A DNA stretch of 64,000 nucleotides from the IMG/VR virus record IMGVR_UViG_3300022916_000005; one strand, given 5' to 3'. Position 1 is the first letter of the stretch. Each line of letters starts with the position of its first letter. A program made the translations under genes and the position numbers. The notes below the pieces were generated by a model, which did not search any database, was not told where the DNA came from, and was given only the letters and a program-made list of their open reading frames with translations. This document shows, in pieces, positions 1-10,139 of the stretch. Source of the stretch: a virus.

Positions 1-1584
1 AACCAAACAAAGGAACTTCTTCGAGAAGCTTCAACGATGGCTGCTGGTGACGTAGAAGGTTTTGCTTCCGTAGCATTCCCTATTGTACGTCGAGTGTTTG
101 GTGGACTTATTGCAAATGAACTAGTATCAGTTCAGCCAATGAGCCTTCCATCAGGACTGATCTTCTTCCTAGACTTCACCTTTACAGATACTAAGCTTAT
201 GGCTGGTGCTCTTGCTGGTGAATCAATCTATGGTCAGGATCGAGTAGGTGCAGGTATCATCGACGGTGTCAATATTGAAGGTGGTGTTGGTGGATATGGT
301 GATGAGTTGTGGAACCTTGAAAAGGGATTCTATTCACTTAACAACGCATATTCTGCCGCAACCGGTACGGTAGCATTATCAACGACTACAGTTCTTAGTG
401 GCGCAATTGGTGATGGTGATGCAACTAGCTTGAACACTACACCAAAATTCGAAACTCTTGATGCTATGGTAGGTTATGACCCAGATATGATCGGTCTTAA
501 CGTTGCATTTGGTATCTTCCCAACCAGTTCTATTGAAACTGGTACTGGAAAGATGAACTTCAAGAACCTTGTGGCATTCCATGCTCCTTATGGTTCTGGT
601 AGTATGGTAAGACGACATACCAATTACTTCATCGACCACGATCAGGCTGACGGACATTACATTGCTGTCGCACTTGTGGCAACTGGTAGTGAATCAACAA
701 ATGAGCTTTCTGGCGCATTGACTGGTTCTGTTACATTCAGTTACGCATACGCTGACAACTTTGAGGAAGGAACTGGTCTTGGAGCAATCAAGGGTACTAC
801 ACTATGGCCTTTGGAAAACGAGACAGAGATTCCTGAAATTGACATCAAGATTGATAGCACTGCAATTACTGCAATGACTAAGAAGTTGAAGGCAAAGTGG
901 ACCCCAGAATTGGGACAGGATCTAAACGCCTATCACAACCTTGATGCTGAAGTAGAGTTGACAAGTATTCTGTCTGAACAGATTGCTCTTGAAATCGATC
1001 AGGAAATCTTGAACGATCTAGTCAAGGGTGCAACTGCCGGTACTTATTACTGGTCACGCCGACCTGGACGCTTTGTTGACCGTTTGACTGGTGAGCTTAT
1101 CAATGTTCTCGAACAGGGTGACTTCACTGGTACTGTTTCTCAATGGTACGAGACCATGCTTGAGACAGTGAACGACATTAGCGCACAGATTCAACGCAAG
1201 GTGCTTCGTGGTGGTGCAAACTTCCTAGTTTGCGGCCCAGAGCTTGCCAATGTGTTGGAGATGACTTCTGGTTTCCGTGCAACCGTTACTGGTGACGAGG
1301 CCAAGGGTACCGCTGGTGTATTCAAGAGTGGAGCAATTAACAAGAAGTGGGATATCTACGTTGATCCTTACTTCCCACGTAATGTTGTTCTAGTCGGTCG
1401 TAAGGGTGGATCATTCCTTGAGAGTGGTTATGTATACTCACCTTATGTTCCACTACAGGTTACTCCTACTATCTTTGGTATCGAAGACTTCGTGCCTCGT
1501 AAGGGTGTCATGACTCGATATGCCAAGAAGATGGTTAGACCAGACATGTATGGCATTCTCATCGTGAGGGATTTGATGGGATAA
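1..1584 (+). CDS. Major capsid protein, T4 gp23-like (5' end outside window)
   Basis: Frame is open from base 1. Contains gp23-type motifs PIVRRVFGGLIANELVSVQPMSLPSGLIF, KLKAKWTPELGQDLNAYHNLDAEVELTSILSEQIALEIDQEIL, YSPYVPL and PRKGVMTRY. Confidence 0.95.
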   Translation, partial: NQTKELLREASTMAAGDVEGFASVAFPIVRRVFGGLIANELVSVQPMSLPSGLIFFLDFTFTDTKLMAGALAGESIYGQDRVGAGIIDGVNIEGGVGGYGDELWNLEKGFYSLNNAYSAATGTVALSTTTVLSGAIGDGDATSLNTTPKFETLDAMVGYDPDMIGLNVAFGIFPTSSIETGTGKMNFKNLVAFHAPYGSGSMVRRHTNYFIDHDQADGHYIAVALVATGSESTNELSGALTGSVTFSYAYADNFEEGTGLGAIKGTTLWPLENETEIPEIDIKIDSTAITAMTKKLKAKWTPELGQDLNAYHNLDAEVELTSILSEQIALEIDQEILNDLVKGATAGTYYWSRRPGRFVDRLTGELINVLEQGDFTGTVSQWYETMLETVNDISAQIQRKVLRGGANFLVCGPELANVLEMTSGFRATVTGDEAKGTAGVFKSGAINKKWDIYVDPYFPRNVVLVGRKGGSFLESGYVYSPYVPLQVTPTIFGIEDFVPRKGVMTRYAKKMVRPDMYGILIVRDLMG

Positions 1585-1608
1585 CGTAACCCTGTCATAA
1601 CGTAAAGT

Positions 1609-1646
1609 AAAAAGGGGTACTCATTGATTTGGGTGCCCCTTTTTTT
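1609..1646 (+). terminator. Rho-independent terminator after major capsid gene
   Basis: AAAAAGGGGTACTCA-ttgatt-TGGGTGCCCCTTTTTTT: GC-rich stem with G-U pairs followed by a T-tract. Confidence 0.85.
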
Positions 1647-1713
1647 GTCTTTTATCTTGTCTTTTGTAAAAAAGGGTGCTAATTAGTATATAGCATTAAA
1701 GAAGGAGAAAGAA

Positions 1714-3243
1714 ATGGAGACATGTTTAATTTGTGGAAAGGAAAAGAAAAGTAAAAGAGCATTGGCAACTCATCTTCAAATGGTTCACCACTTGAAATCA
1801 AAGGATTATACAATTCAATATATCTTAAAGGGAGAGCAACCAAAATGTTTGCTATGTAACAATGAGCCTCGTTATGTATCTTTTGAATTTAAACAATATT
1901 GCAAAGAACACAAGAACATTGCAGAAACAAAAGGAGGAAAGAGGGGAGGAAGAGGAGCGAAACTTTCTCTTGACGTTTTCGAAGAAAGATTAAAGGAATA
2001 TTGTTCTTTAAGAAATGTAGAAGATTTGAACAATAGGTATGAGGATTATATTAGCCAGAACGAAAAGAACATTAAAGTAAAATGTAACAAGTGCGAAGAG
2101 GAATTGACGACATCTTTAAATTATCTAAGAGATCATAGTTCAATATGCGGGAATTGTAGAGATCGTTCTACGTCTGAAGAGACAAAAGGCAAAATTTCAA
2201 ACACCTTAACGATGAAGAAGGAAGTATTTGAAAAAAGAGTACTGAATAAGTGCGACACGTTTAAAGTTTTAACAAAATATGAAGAATATGGCTCAAGAAA
2301 ATTACAAAAGAAACTGAAAGTAGAATGTGCAAAGTGTGGAGATATTACTAAAAGAACGCTACAACAACTTGACGAAGGGACTTTATGTTGGAAGTGTAAT
2401 CCGTCTTCAAAGCCGGAGAACGAAGTTGCCGAATGGGTAGAATCTCTTGGACTCGATGTTGTAAGAAACAGCAGAAAGATCATTGCTCCAAAAGAGATTG
2501 ATATTTACATTCCATCAAAAAAGGTTGCCATCGAATATAACGGATTGTATTGGCATAGTGAATTAAATAAAGAGAAATCATACCATTCAGATAAATCAAA
2601 GGCTTGCAAGGATAAGGGCATCTTTCTATTCCACGTGTTTTCAGATGATTGGGAACAGAAGCAAGATGTTGTTAAATCAATGATCAAAAACAAGTTAGGA
2701 CTTAACAAGACAAAGGTTGCAGCAAGAAAGTGCAAGATCATCGAGCAAGAGAAAAACAAACTAATGGATAAGTTTTTTAATGATAATCATTTATTAGGGC
2801 ATGTTCAAGCAACTAAAGGATTTTTCTTGGAATATAACGATCAGGTTGTTGCAGGAATTACGCTAAGAAAGCCTGCACACAGAAAATATAAAGGATCAGT
2901 TGAGGTTGCAAGGTTCACAACAAAGATCGATACAACAGTCCAAGGTGGATTTTCAAAACTTCTCAAGGCAGCAATCAAATGGGCAAAGGACAATGGTTAT
3001 GAAAAAGTTATTACATATGCAGACTTGTCTCACGGCAATGGCAATGTATATGAGAAGAACGGATTTACATTCCTAAACGAAACAAAGTTAAGTTATTGGT
3101 ATACCGATGGCATCTCACGCTACAATAGATTCAAATTCAGAGCACAAGATGGCAAAACAGAGAAACAAGTTGCAGAAGATAATGGTGTATTCAAGATCTT
3201 TGGTTGTGGGAATAATTTGTATGAACTGCCACTTTCTCCTTGA
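1714..3243 (+). CDS. Zn-finger / Hef-like PD-(D/E)xK homing endonuclease with C-terminal GNAT(Mom)-like region
   Basis: Multiple CxxC/C2H2 pairs. Nuclease motif SKPENEV...EIDIYIPSKKVAIEYNGLYWHS. C-terminal EVARF...GGFSKLLK...ITYADLSHGNGNVYEKNGF. Free-standing next to a conserved gene. Confidence 0.75.
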   Translation: METCLICGKEKKSKRALATHLQMVHHLKSKDYTIQYILKGEQPKCLLCNNEPRYVSFEFKQYCKEHKNIAETKGGKRGGRGAKLSLDVFEERLKEYCSLRNVEDLNNRYEDYISQNEKNIKVKCNKCEEELTTSLNYLRDHSSICGNCRDRSTSEETKGKISNTLTMKKEVFEKRVLNKCDTFKVLTKYEEYGSRKLQKKLKVECAKCGDITKRTLQQLDEGTLCWKCNPSSKPENEVAEWVESLGLDVVRNSRKIIAPKEIDIYIPSKKVAIEYNGLYWHSELNKEKSYHSDKSKACKDKGIFLFHVFSDDWEQKQDVVKSMIKNKLGLNKTKVAARKCKIIEQEKNKLMDKFFNDNHLLGHVQATKGFFLEYNDQVVAGITLRKPAHRKYKGSVEVARFTTKIDTTVQGGFSKLLKAAIKWAKDNGYEKVITYADLSHGNGNVYEKNGFTFLNETKLSYWYTDGISRYNRFKFRAQDGKTEKQVAEDNGVFKIFGCGNNLYELPLSP

Positions 3244-3260
3244 TTTTCGAACGATTCTCC

Positions 3261-3289
3261 TTGACAAGTATCTTATATCATACTATAAT
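3261..3289 (+). promoter_or_regulatory. Sigma70-type early promoter for ligase
   Basis: TTGACA-17 nt-TATAAT, perfect consensus, 25 nt before the ATG. Confidence 0.85.
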
Positions 3290-3314
3290 ATAAACAACAT
3301 GAGAGGAGAGGTAA

Positions 3315-4778
3315 ATGACAAAGGTATACGACATTCTAAAAGAGATCAAGGCGACATCAAAGAAGAACGAAAAACTTGCAATTCTTAAAAAGAATAAAGA
3401 TAACGAATTGTTAAAGCAAGTTATCTATCATGCCCTAAACCCGCATTATCGGTATTACATGACAGAGAAGACGATCCCAGAAGATTATAGTATGATTAAT
3501 CCTCAAATTACGCTTGGAGAAGCTATCGAAGATTTGTACAAACTTCATGAACGAAAGATCACAGGACATGCTGCAATTGAATATGTACATGGTCAGATGC
3601 TTGGGTTAACCCGAGAAGATGCAAATGTATACTATGACGTAATTCTCAAAGATCTTAAATCTGGATTCTCTGCCAAGACTGCAAATAAAGTGTTTGGCAA
3701 GAATTTCATTCCAACAATCCCATATATGAGATGTTCTAGTGATGATAAGCACCTTGCCAAAATCAAATATCCCGCCATTTGTCAAGAGAAAATGGATGGA
3801 GCATTCTGTAATATTGTTGTTCACGACAAGGAAGTTGATTTTATAACAAGGAATGGCACAGTATTCGCGGTAAACAATATTGTAAATTCTGTTCTAGGAA
3901 TGACCGAAGAACAGGTTCTTATTGGGGAGATGTTGTACTTGGTTGATGGGAAGATTGCCGAGAGAAAGGTAGGAAACGGCAAGATCAATAAATTAATCAA
4001 GTCAGAACAGACAAGAGAATCAATTGCAAAGAAATACCAAGAAGCCACAACAATCAGACAAAGAGAAAAGTTGGATGAAAAGATTGCAGCTTTAAATCTT
4101 GATTTGTATCATATTGATACGAACATCGTTATGAAGGTGTGGGATATGATTCCATATGAAGATTGGATTAATGGCGAATACAATATGGCATACGAGGATA
4201 GGTTTGAAAAGGTAAAGGAATTGTGCAAGCACTGGATGAATAATGGATCAATTCTCCCTGTTGAATCGCAAGATGTCCAAGACGAAGAAGAATTCAGAAA
4301 GACAACAAGAGCATACATTAAAGAAGGAAAGGAAGGATCGGTTCTAAAGAACAAGACATCATTTTTCAAAGATGGAACATGTCGAGAACAAATCAAAGGT
4401 AAGGCCAAGAGAGATACAGATTTAAGATGTATTGGATGGGAGAAGGGAAAGAGTGGATCAACATTTGAAAATGGTATTGGTAGTCTAATCCTCGAATCAT
4501 CAGACAAAAAGTTGAAGGTCAATGTAGGAACAGGATTTGCAAGATCTCAAAGAGGGCTTGAACCAATTGATACAAATAATATTGCAAAAGGATTGCAAGC
4601 CATTGAAGACTTTGACTTCGATCAGTATACAGGTAAGATTATCGAAGTTGAATATAACGAACTTATTGAAACAAAGTCCAACAGAGAGACGTACAGTCTA
4701 TTCCTTCCAGTATTTGTTGAAGTTCGAAACGACAAGGATGAAGCAGATGGATTAACAAAGATTCAGGAGGATAATTAA
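3315..4778 (+). CDS. lig: ATP-dependent DNA ligase (T4 gp30-like)
   Basis: Motif I QEKMDG, EGSVLK, and OB-fold motifs VNVGTGF, IIEVEY and SLFLPVFVEVRNDK. Confidence 0.93.
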   Translation: MTKVYDILKEIKATSKKNEKLAILKKNKDNELLKQVIYHALNPHYRYYMTEKTIPEDYSMINPQITLGEAIEDLYKLHERKITGHAAIEYVHGQMLGLTREDANVYYDVILKDLKSGFSAKTANKVFGKNFIPTIPYMRCSSDDKHLAKIKYPAICQEKMDGAFCNIVVHDKEVDFITRNGTVFAVNNIVNSVLGMTEEQVLIGEMLYLVDGKIAERKVGNGKINKLIKSEQTRESIAKKYQEATTIRQREKLDEKIAALNLDLYHIDTNIVMKVWDMIPYEDWINGEYNMAYEDRFEKVKELCKHWMNNGSILPVESQDVQDEEEFRKTTRAYIKEGKEGSVLKNKTSFFKDGTCREQIKGKAKRDTDLRCIGWEKGKSGSTFENGIGSLILESSDKKLKVNVGTGFARSQRGLEPIDTNNIAKGLQAIEDFDFDQYTGKIIEVEYNELIETKSNRETYSLFLPVFVEVRNDKDEADGLTKIQEDN

Positions 4779-4852
4779 AATGAAAGAAGAAATCAACATC
4801 CTCAAAGAACACCTCAAGAAGTTTGACAAACAATAATTAACGCTTTCTTTAA

Positions 4853-4859
4853 CTATTTA
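4853..4859 (+). promoter_or_regulatory. Candidate late promoter motif (CTATTTA) upstream of neck operon
   Basis: The same motif lies ~25-50 nt upstream of the sheath (10090), tube (12985), 14712 (14669), 52953 (52897) and 59622 (59573) genes. Confidence 0.55.
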
Positions 4860-4893
4860 GAGTGTATCATAATAGTTATGGAGAAGTGTATCT

Positions 4894-6126
4894 ATGTCAT
4901 ATCCTGAATTTTCTCCTGCTTCTCAAATAAGCAGCACAGTACTACCAGAGACAGGAAGCGAAGGAAGTGTCCTTGCAGCCTTGCCATTTGGTATCTATCA
5001 ATCAACTGCATTCCTTTCTGGAGCAGCAGATCAAGTAACATATGTGTATCGAAGATTAGGAGGAGACGTTCTTGATCTTGAGATTACAGAAGATAATGTG
5101 TATTCAGCATATGAAGAAGCTTGTCTTGAATATTCATATCTAATCAACATCCATCAAGCCAAAAACGTATTAGGTGATGTATTAGGTTCGACAACGGGTT
5201 CTTTCGATCAGGATGGGAACATTATCGATGGAGCACAGAATGTTGAATCAATGTACCCTAAATTTGGATATGCCTATTCAAGAAAGGTATCTGATGCTGT
5301 AGGATCTGCAATGGCTATTGGAGGCTCAGAACCCGTCTATTCTGCATCTTTCGTGATCAAAGAACACCAGCAAGATTATGACCTACAAGAGATCATTAGT
5401 ACATCAGTTGAACACTCTGGAGCAGTAGGAAACAATAGGGTTCTCATTAAAAGAGTGTTTTACAAGACTCCCCATAGTATGTGGAGATTCTATGGTTATT
5501 ATGGTGGACTCAATGTCGTAGGTAACTTGCAGAACTATGGGCAGTGGGCAGATGATAGCTCATTCCAGGTTATCCCAGCTTGGCAGAACAAGATGCAGGC
5601 AGGAGCATTTGAAGATCACCTATATACAAGAACATCTCACTACTCATTTCAGGTAAGAAATAACAAGTTGAGAATTTTCCCTGCTCCTACATTTGCAGAT
5701 CCTCACAACTTCTGGGTCGAATTCATGGTTGATGGAGATGCTTGGGATGAAGACCCAAACAATCCAACTGGGGTTACTGGGGTAAACAACATGAACACCA
5801 TTCCTTTTGAAAATGTACCTTACGAAAGTATTAACTCTATTGGTAAACAGTGGATCAGAAGGTTTGGGTTGGCCTTGATTAAGGAAACGTTAGGACAAGT
5901 TAGAGGAAAGTTCACATCTGGTATCCCATTCCCTAATGGTAACGTAACATTGAATGCGTCAGAACTATTGACACAAGCCAAAGATGAACAAGAGAAGTTA
6001 CGAGAAGAACTAAAAACAATCCTTGATGAATTGACGTATGCCAAATTGGCAGAGCGTGATGCCACAATTATGGATAACACATTAAAGGTAAATGAAAAGA
6101 TCCCTCTCTTCATCTTCCGAGGATAA
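4894..6126 (+). CDS. Neck / head-tail adaptor protein (gp13-like)
   Basis: RRLGGDVLDLEIT at the N-terminus and WIRRFGLALIKETLGQVRGKF...VTLNASELL...EQEKL at the C-terminus, typical of gp13-like proteins. Position upstream of the tail genes fits. Confidence 0.8.
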   Translation: MSYPEFSPASQISSTVLPETGSEGSVLAALPFGIYQSTAFLSGAADQVTYVYRRLGGDVLDLEITEDNVYSAYEEACLEYSYLINIHQAKNVLGDVLGSTTGSFDQDGNIIDGAQNVESMYPKFGYAYSRKVSDAVGSAMAIGGSEPVYSASFVIKEHQQDYDLQEIISTSVEHSGAVGNNRVLIKRVFYKTPHSMWRFYGYYGGLNVVGNLQNYGQWADDSSFQVIPAWQNKMQAGAFEDHLYTRTSHYSFQVRNNKLRIFPAPTFADPHNFWVEFMVDGDAWDEDPNNPTGVTGVNNMNTIPFENVPYESINSIGKQWIRRFGLALIKETLGQVRGKFTSGIPFPNGNVTLNASELLTQAKDEQEKLREELKTILDELTYAKLAERDATIMDNTLKVNEKIPLFIFRG

Positions 6127-6132
6127 AAAAAT

Positions 6133-8745
6133 ATGAATAAAGAAACAATCAAAAATCTAATTTTAAATGAACATCAAAAGTTTCTTAGAGAGGCAACCAC
6201 TGGGAAAGGTCGTTATGGAGAAGATATCACCATTTCAGACATGTATTCTGATGAATTGATGCGCTTTTTGGATGATGAATATGATGAAGAAGAAATGACA
6301 GATTGGATGATTTTGAATAATCGAGCTACAGATATGAATTTGCTGTGGAATTTGGCAATGAAGACTCCAAACGTTGATACTTTAGTTTCTATTATCCGAA
6401 GCAACAAGATGTCAGACGATATGTTGGAAGAGTTGAGAGTAGAGCTTTCGAAAGAAGATTACACAACACAAGATGCCCAAAGATTAAGTGAAGAATTCAC
6501 AGAACGTTTGGGAGAAGAATTCCAAGTAGGGGATGCAGTATCTTATTATGATCACAGAAGACAAAGAACAATAAGAGGAACAATTGACGATATTCGAGGA
6601 GATAGGGCATTTATTCAAGAGCCAAATAGAGAAATGTTAAGTAACAGACCTTTTAGCGACTTGAGAAAGGTAAGGGAAATTTCTGCATCCGGCAGGATAG
6701 AAAGAGAAGATCTCGAAAGACTGCCAACAGAAGAATTCCAAGTAGGGGATGAAGTGGAATACACTACACAAGTTGGAACGAGACAAGAGAAAGAACGAGG
6801 CGTGATTAGTGATACCTACAATACTTACAATGATAACGCTATTTATACTATATCTCTTTCTAGAGGAAGAAGTGCAGAGGTAAGAAGAAATGAAATTACA
6901 TTAGTAAATAAAAAACCACCAATCCCAACCCAAGTCCTACAAACCGGAGATCGTGTATCTGTCAAATCAATGATGGGAGACAAAGAAGGACACATTATTG
7001 CAAAGCATGGCGACAAGTACAGCATTCAAATAGGACCAGACCATATCCTAAAAGGTGTGACATTGGATAGAATCAAAGTATTGCAAGCAAAGGCGAATAT
7101 GCCAAAATCTGCCAAGTCAGATGAAGAAGTCCGAATGTCAATGATGGATTTTGATGATGAACCCGAGACAGAAAAAAATAAAGATGATGATGGAACAAGA
7201 TTTGGTAGACTTGAACTTGATGAGGGCATTATTAAAAATTGGAAAGAAAATTTAAGAAAGGCCAAAGATCCAAACACATCACCTGACGAGTTGATAGAGC
7301 TGTCAAAAAACATTAGACCTGCAGTGAAAATGGCAGTTGCCGCAAATTCAAATACTCCAAGTTCTACACTGAAAGATTTGGCAAAAAGTAAACTAGGCAA
7401 AGTACAAGCTTTGGCGATCTTAAATCCAAATATCGAGGTTAGAGATATTCATATAGTTTTGGAGGAACTTGGAGTCAGTACTTCAACAAGATTAATTAGA
7501 TTACTTCGCAGAAAGTATGGTCGTCGTTGGGAGACCATAGAACGAATTGGAAAGTTTGAAGTAGGAGATAATGTATCATTCTTGTGGACAGGTAGAGTTG
7601 ATCCTCGGATATACGGAGTAATTGGAAGAGTTGAAGGAGAACGGGGTTATGGTACTGACAGTTATTGGATTGGTATTCCAAGAAGCCAACAAGAAAGGGA
7701 TACAACTCCAACGGGGACGTGGGTTGACGGCTCAGAACTTCGTCTTGAAACGGGGACATCTTCAGAAATGGCCCAAGGAAGGGTTCGTCAAGGAAGTATA
7801 ATTGAATTTGATGTATCTGGAGATACCTATATTGGGAGAGTTATTGGAATAGGCAGTGATGGGATGATTGTGGTTGATGTCGCAAATCATGAAGAAAATA
7901 TGCGTATATCAAGAGAAAGTGTTGTAAGCATATCTAATCCTTCTTCGACAACTCTTCGGCCAGGAATAGAAGATGATTTTGAAAGAGAATTGGAAAATGT
8001 TGTAGATAGATACAGAGCTTCTCTTGCAAGTAAAGAGCTAGCCCCTAAACAAGGTGATCGCGTTGAATTCAAGGACTCCTTTGGTATTGCAACTATTGGC
8101 AAGATCCAGACAATTCATGACAATGATACCTACACCGTTGGAGTGAAAGGTGGAACGAAGCAAGTTGCCAAATCAAAGATTACAAAGATCCTCGACAAGA
8201 AGAAAGAGAAAACAGATCAAAGAGATGACACCCAATCAAGATTTGATATGTTAGATTTTGATGGTGGCAATACAACAAGTACCCGAGACAAAGAAACAAA
8301 AGAAAGGAGATTCAATATGTTAGATTTAGATGAAGCTCGAAAATTTATTAACGATCTTGTAAAAGAAGAATTGGAGAATGTTCAATCAACTACTCCAAAA
8401 GTAGGAGATGAAGTAACCGTTTCTTTCCAAAGAAGGGAAGATGAGCATGGCATCATTATTGCACAAAACCGAGAGCAAACCAGATTCAATGTCAAGATTG
8501 GTAAGGCACAAGTCATTAAAGGACTACCAGCAGAAAGATTAATTATTACAAAGGTTGGACCATCCCCAGAAGATAAGGATGGTAAACGAAGATTCAACAT
8601 GATGGACCTTGACGATAAGGGTGTTGAAGTTGTTAACAATAGAGGCAGAGATGACGATCATTCAAGATTCAATCGACTTGAACTTGACGAGGCAAAAGAA
8701 ATGATCAAGAAGTTAGTTATTCGAGAAGGGAAAGAGAGAAAGTAA
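6133..8745 (+). CDS. Large multidomain virion-region protein with ~7 KOW/SH3-like domains, LRV-like helical repeats and repeated RFxxL(D/E)LD motifs
   Basis: 870-aa ORF with recurring (F/L/K)xxGDxV starts, a DPNTSPDELIEL...ANSNTPSSTLKDLA segment and six RFxx(L/M)(D/E)(L/F)D-like motifs. Confidence 0.7.
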   Translation: MNKETIKNLILNEHQKFLREATTGKGRYGEDITISDMYSDELMRFLDDEYDEEEMTDWMILNNRATDMNLLWNLAMKTPNVDTLVSIIRSNKMSDDMLEELRVELSKEDYTTQDAQRLSEEFTERLGEEFQVGDAVSYYDHRRQRTIRGTIDDIRGDRAFIQEPNREMLSNRPFSDLRKVREISASGRIEREDLERLPTEEFQVGDEVEYTTQVGTRQEKERGVISDTYNTYNDNAIYTISLSRGRSAEVRRNEITLVNKKPPIPTQVLQTGDRVSVKSMMGDKEGHIIAKHGDKYSIQIGPDHILKGVTLDRIKVLQAKANMPKSAKSDEEVRMSMMDFDDEPETEKNKDDDGTRFGRLELDEGIIKNWKENLRKAKDPNTSPDELIELSKNIRPAVKMAVAANSNTPSSTLKDLAKSKLGKVQALAILNPNIEVRDIHIVLEELGVSTSTRLIRLLRRKYGRRWETIERIGKFEVGDNVSFLWTGRVDPRIYGVIGRVEGERGYGTDSYWIGIPRSQQERDTTPTGTWVDGSELRLETGTSSEMAQGRVRQGSIIEFDVSGDTYIGRVIGIGSDGMIVVDVANHEENMRISRESVVSISNPSSTTLRPGIEDDFERELENVVDRYRASLASKELAPKQGDRVEFKDSFGIATIGKIQTIHDNDTYTVGVKGGTKQVAKSKITKILDKKKEKTDQRDDTQSRFDMLDFDGGNTTSTRDKETKERRFNMLDLDEARKFINDLVKEELENVQSTTPKVGDEVTVSFQRREDEHGIIIAQNREQTRFNVKIGKAQVIKGLPAERLIITKVGPSPEDKDGKRRFNMMDLDDKGVEVVNNRGRDDDHSRFNRLELDEAKEMIKKLVIREGKERK

Positions 8746-8748
8746 ATA

Positions 8749-9240
8749 ATGACAAACGAATGGCAACAACCCCCAAACCGCCCACCAGCCCTATTCGCAG
8801 GGGACAAGGAAAGAGATTTAACTCATCAAGTAGGAAATGAGCTTATAGAAAGAGTAATGGGTACAGAAGTATTCTATTACCCTATCTCAAGAGAGTTGAC
8901 AAACTACCATTCACTATATGGAGAAGCAATAACAAAAACATTCCTTCCAGCTATTAGAGTATATGCAGTAATTGCATGGGAAGGATACAAAACAGAGACG
9001 ACAGAATTAGGTATTGATAAGAGACCATCAATTAAAATACATTTTCATCATAGAAGGTTGACAACAGATCAAGATTTGAATGTGACAGTTGGAGATTTTG
9101 TAAAGTACGGAGATAGCTATTTTGAGATCACAGAATTAAACGAACCTACTCCCGTCTTTGGTCATATTGAACACCAAGTAGAAATTGAAGCGATGTGTAT
9201 CAAGGCAAGAAAAGGATTATTTCAAGGGCATGACGAATAA
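8749..9240 (+). CDS. Neck / head-closure protein (gp14-like)
   Basis: ELIERVMGTEVFYYPI...SLYGEA...VGDFVKYGDSYFEI. Sits between the gp13-like and gp15-like genes. Confidence 0.7.
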   Translation: MTNEWQQPPNRPPALFAGDKERDLTHQVGNELIERVMGTEVFYYPISRELTNYHSLYGEAITKTFLPAIRVYAVIAWEGYKTETTELGIDKRPSIKIHFHHRRLTTDQDLNVTVGDFVKYGDSYFEITELNEPTPVFGHIEHQVEIEAMCIKARKGLFQGHDE

Positions 9241-10061
9241 TGGCAAACGATAATTCAACAATACCATTCCAAGCATCAACCTTGGAAACAATTGATGAAG
9301 GATTTTTCAACTGGGTTGACAAAGACCTTGATCTGTTTTGTGATACCAATACCGGATGGAAGAAGTCTCCCGTATTTTGGGTAGGAGCAGAACGATCATT
9401 CCAATCCAAAGATGACAAGGAGAGGTTTGACGACACTGGAGCATTGATCTTCCCTGCAATTACTATTGAGAGAAAGAGTATAAACAAAAATCCAAACAGT
9501 AAAGGATCTGCATGGGCAAACGTACCACCAGTAGGGGATCTCAAGGGTGGTAGCATCTCGATAACAAGAAGATTAAAACAAGACAAGACTGCCAATTACA
9601 CAAATACACTTTCAAAGAGAAAGACAGGACAAGAGAACTTCCCAAAGATTACCAACAAGATGGTATATGAAACTATCACAATCCCAATGCCAGTTTATAT
9701 TGACATCAATTATGAAGTAACATTGAGAACAGAATACCAACAACAGATGAATACATTGATGTCTCCATTTATAACAAAGCCTGGAGGAATTAACTACATT
9801 ACCTTCGAGAATGAGAATCACAGATACGAGGCATTTATTCAAGAAGATTTTGCACAATCTAACAACGTCGATTCAATGGGAAATGAAGAAAGAAAGTATA
9901 TCACAAAGATTACAGTTAAGGTCTTAGGATACATCTATTCCGAGGACAAAAATGAAGAACAACCAAAGATTGTAAGAAGAGAATCTATCGTAGAAGTAAA
10001 GATCCCAAGAGAAAGAGCACTAACCCAAGAAGAACAAGACTATATCACCCTAAATTCATAG
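9240..10061 (+). CDS. Tail terminator / sheath stabiliser (gp15-like)
   Basis: LIFPAITIER and IPMPVYIDINYEVTLRTEYQQQMN motifs, immediately upstream of the sheath. Confidence 0.7.
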   Translation: MANDNSTIPFQASTLETIDEGFFNWVDKDLDLFCDTNTGWKKSPVFWVGAERSFQSKDDKERFDDTGALIFPAITIERKSINKNPNSKGSAWANVPPVGDLKGGSISITRRLKQDKTANYTNTLSKRKTGQENFPKITNKMVYETITIPMPVYIDINYEVTLRTEYQQQMNTLMSPFITKPGGINYITFENENHRYEAFIQEDFAQSNNVDSMGNEERKYITKITVKVLGYIYSEDKNEEQPKIVRRESIVEVKIPRERALTQEEQDYITLNS

Positions 10062-10139
10062 TATAAAAACAACTTTACATTTTTAAGAACTATTTAATAT
10101 AAAAGTCGTAGTATGTTTGAATAAAGGAGATCTATCAAC

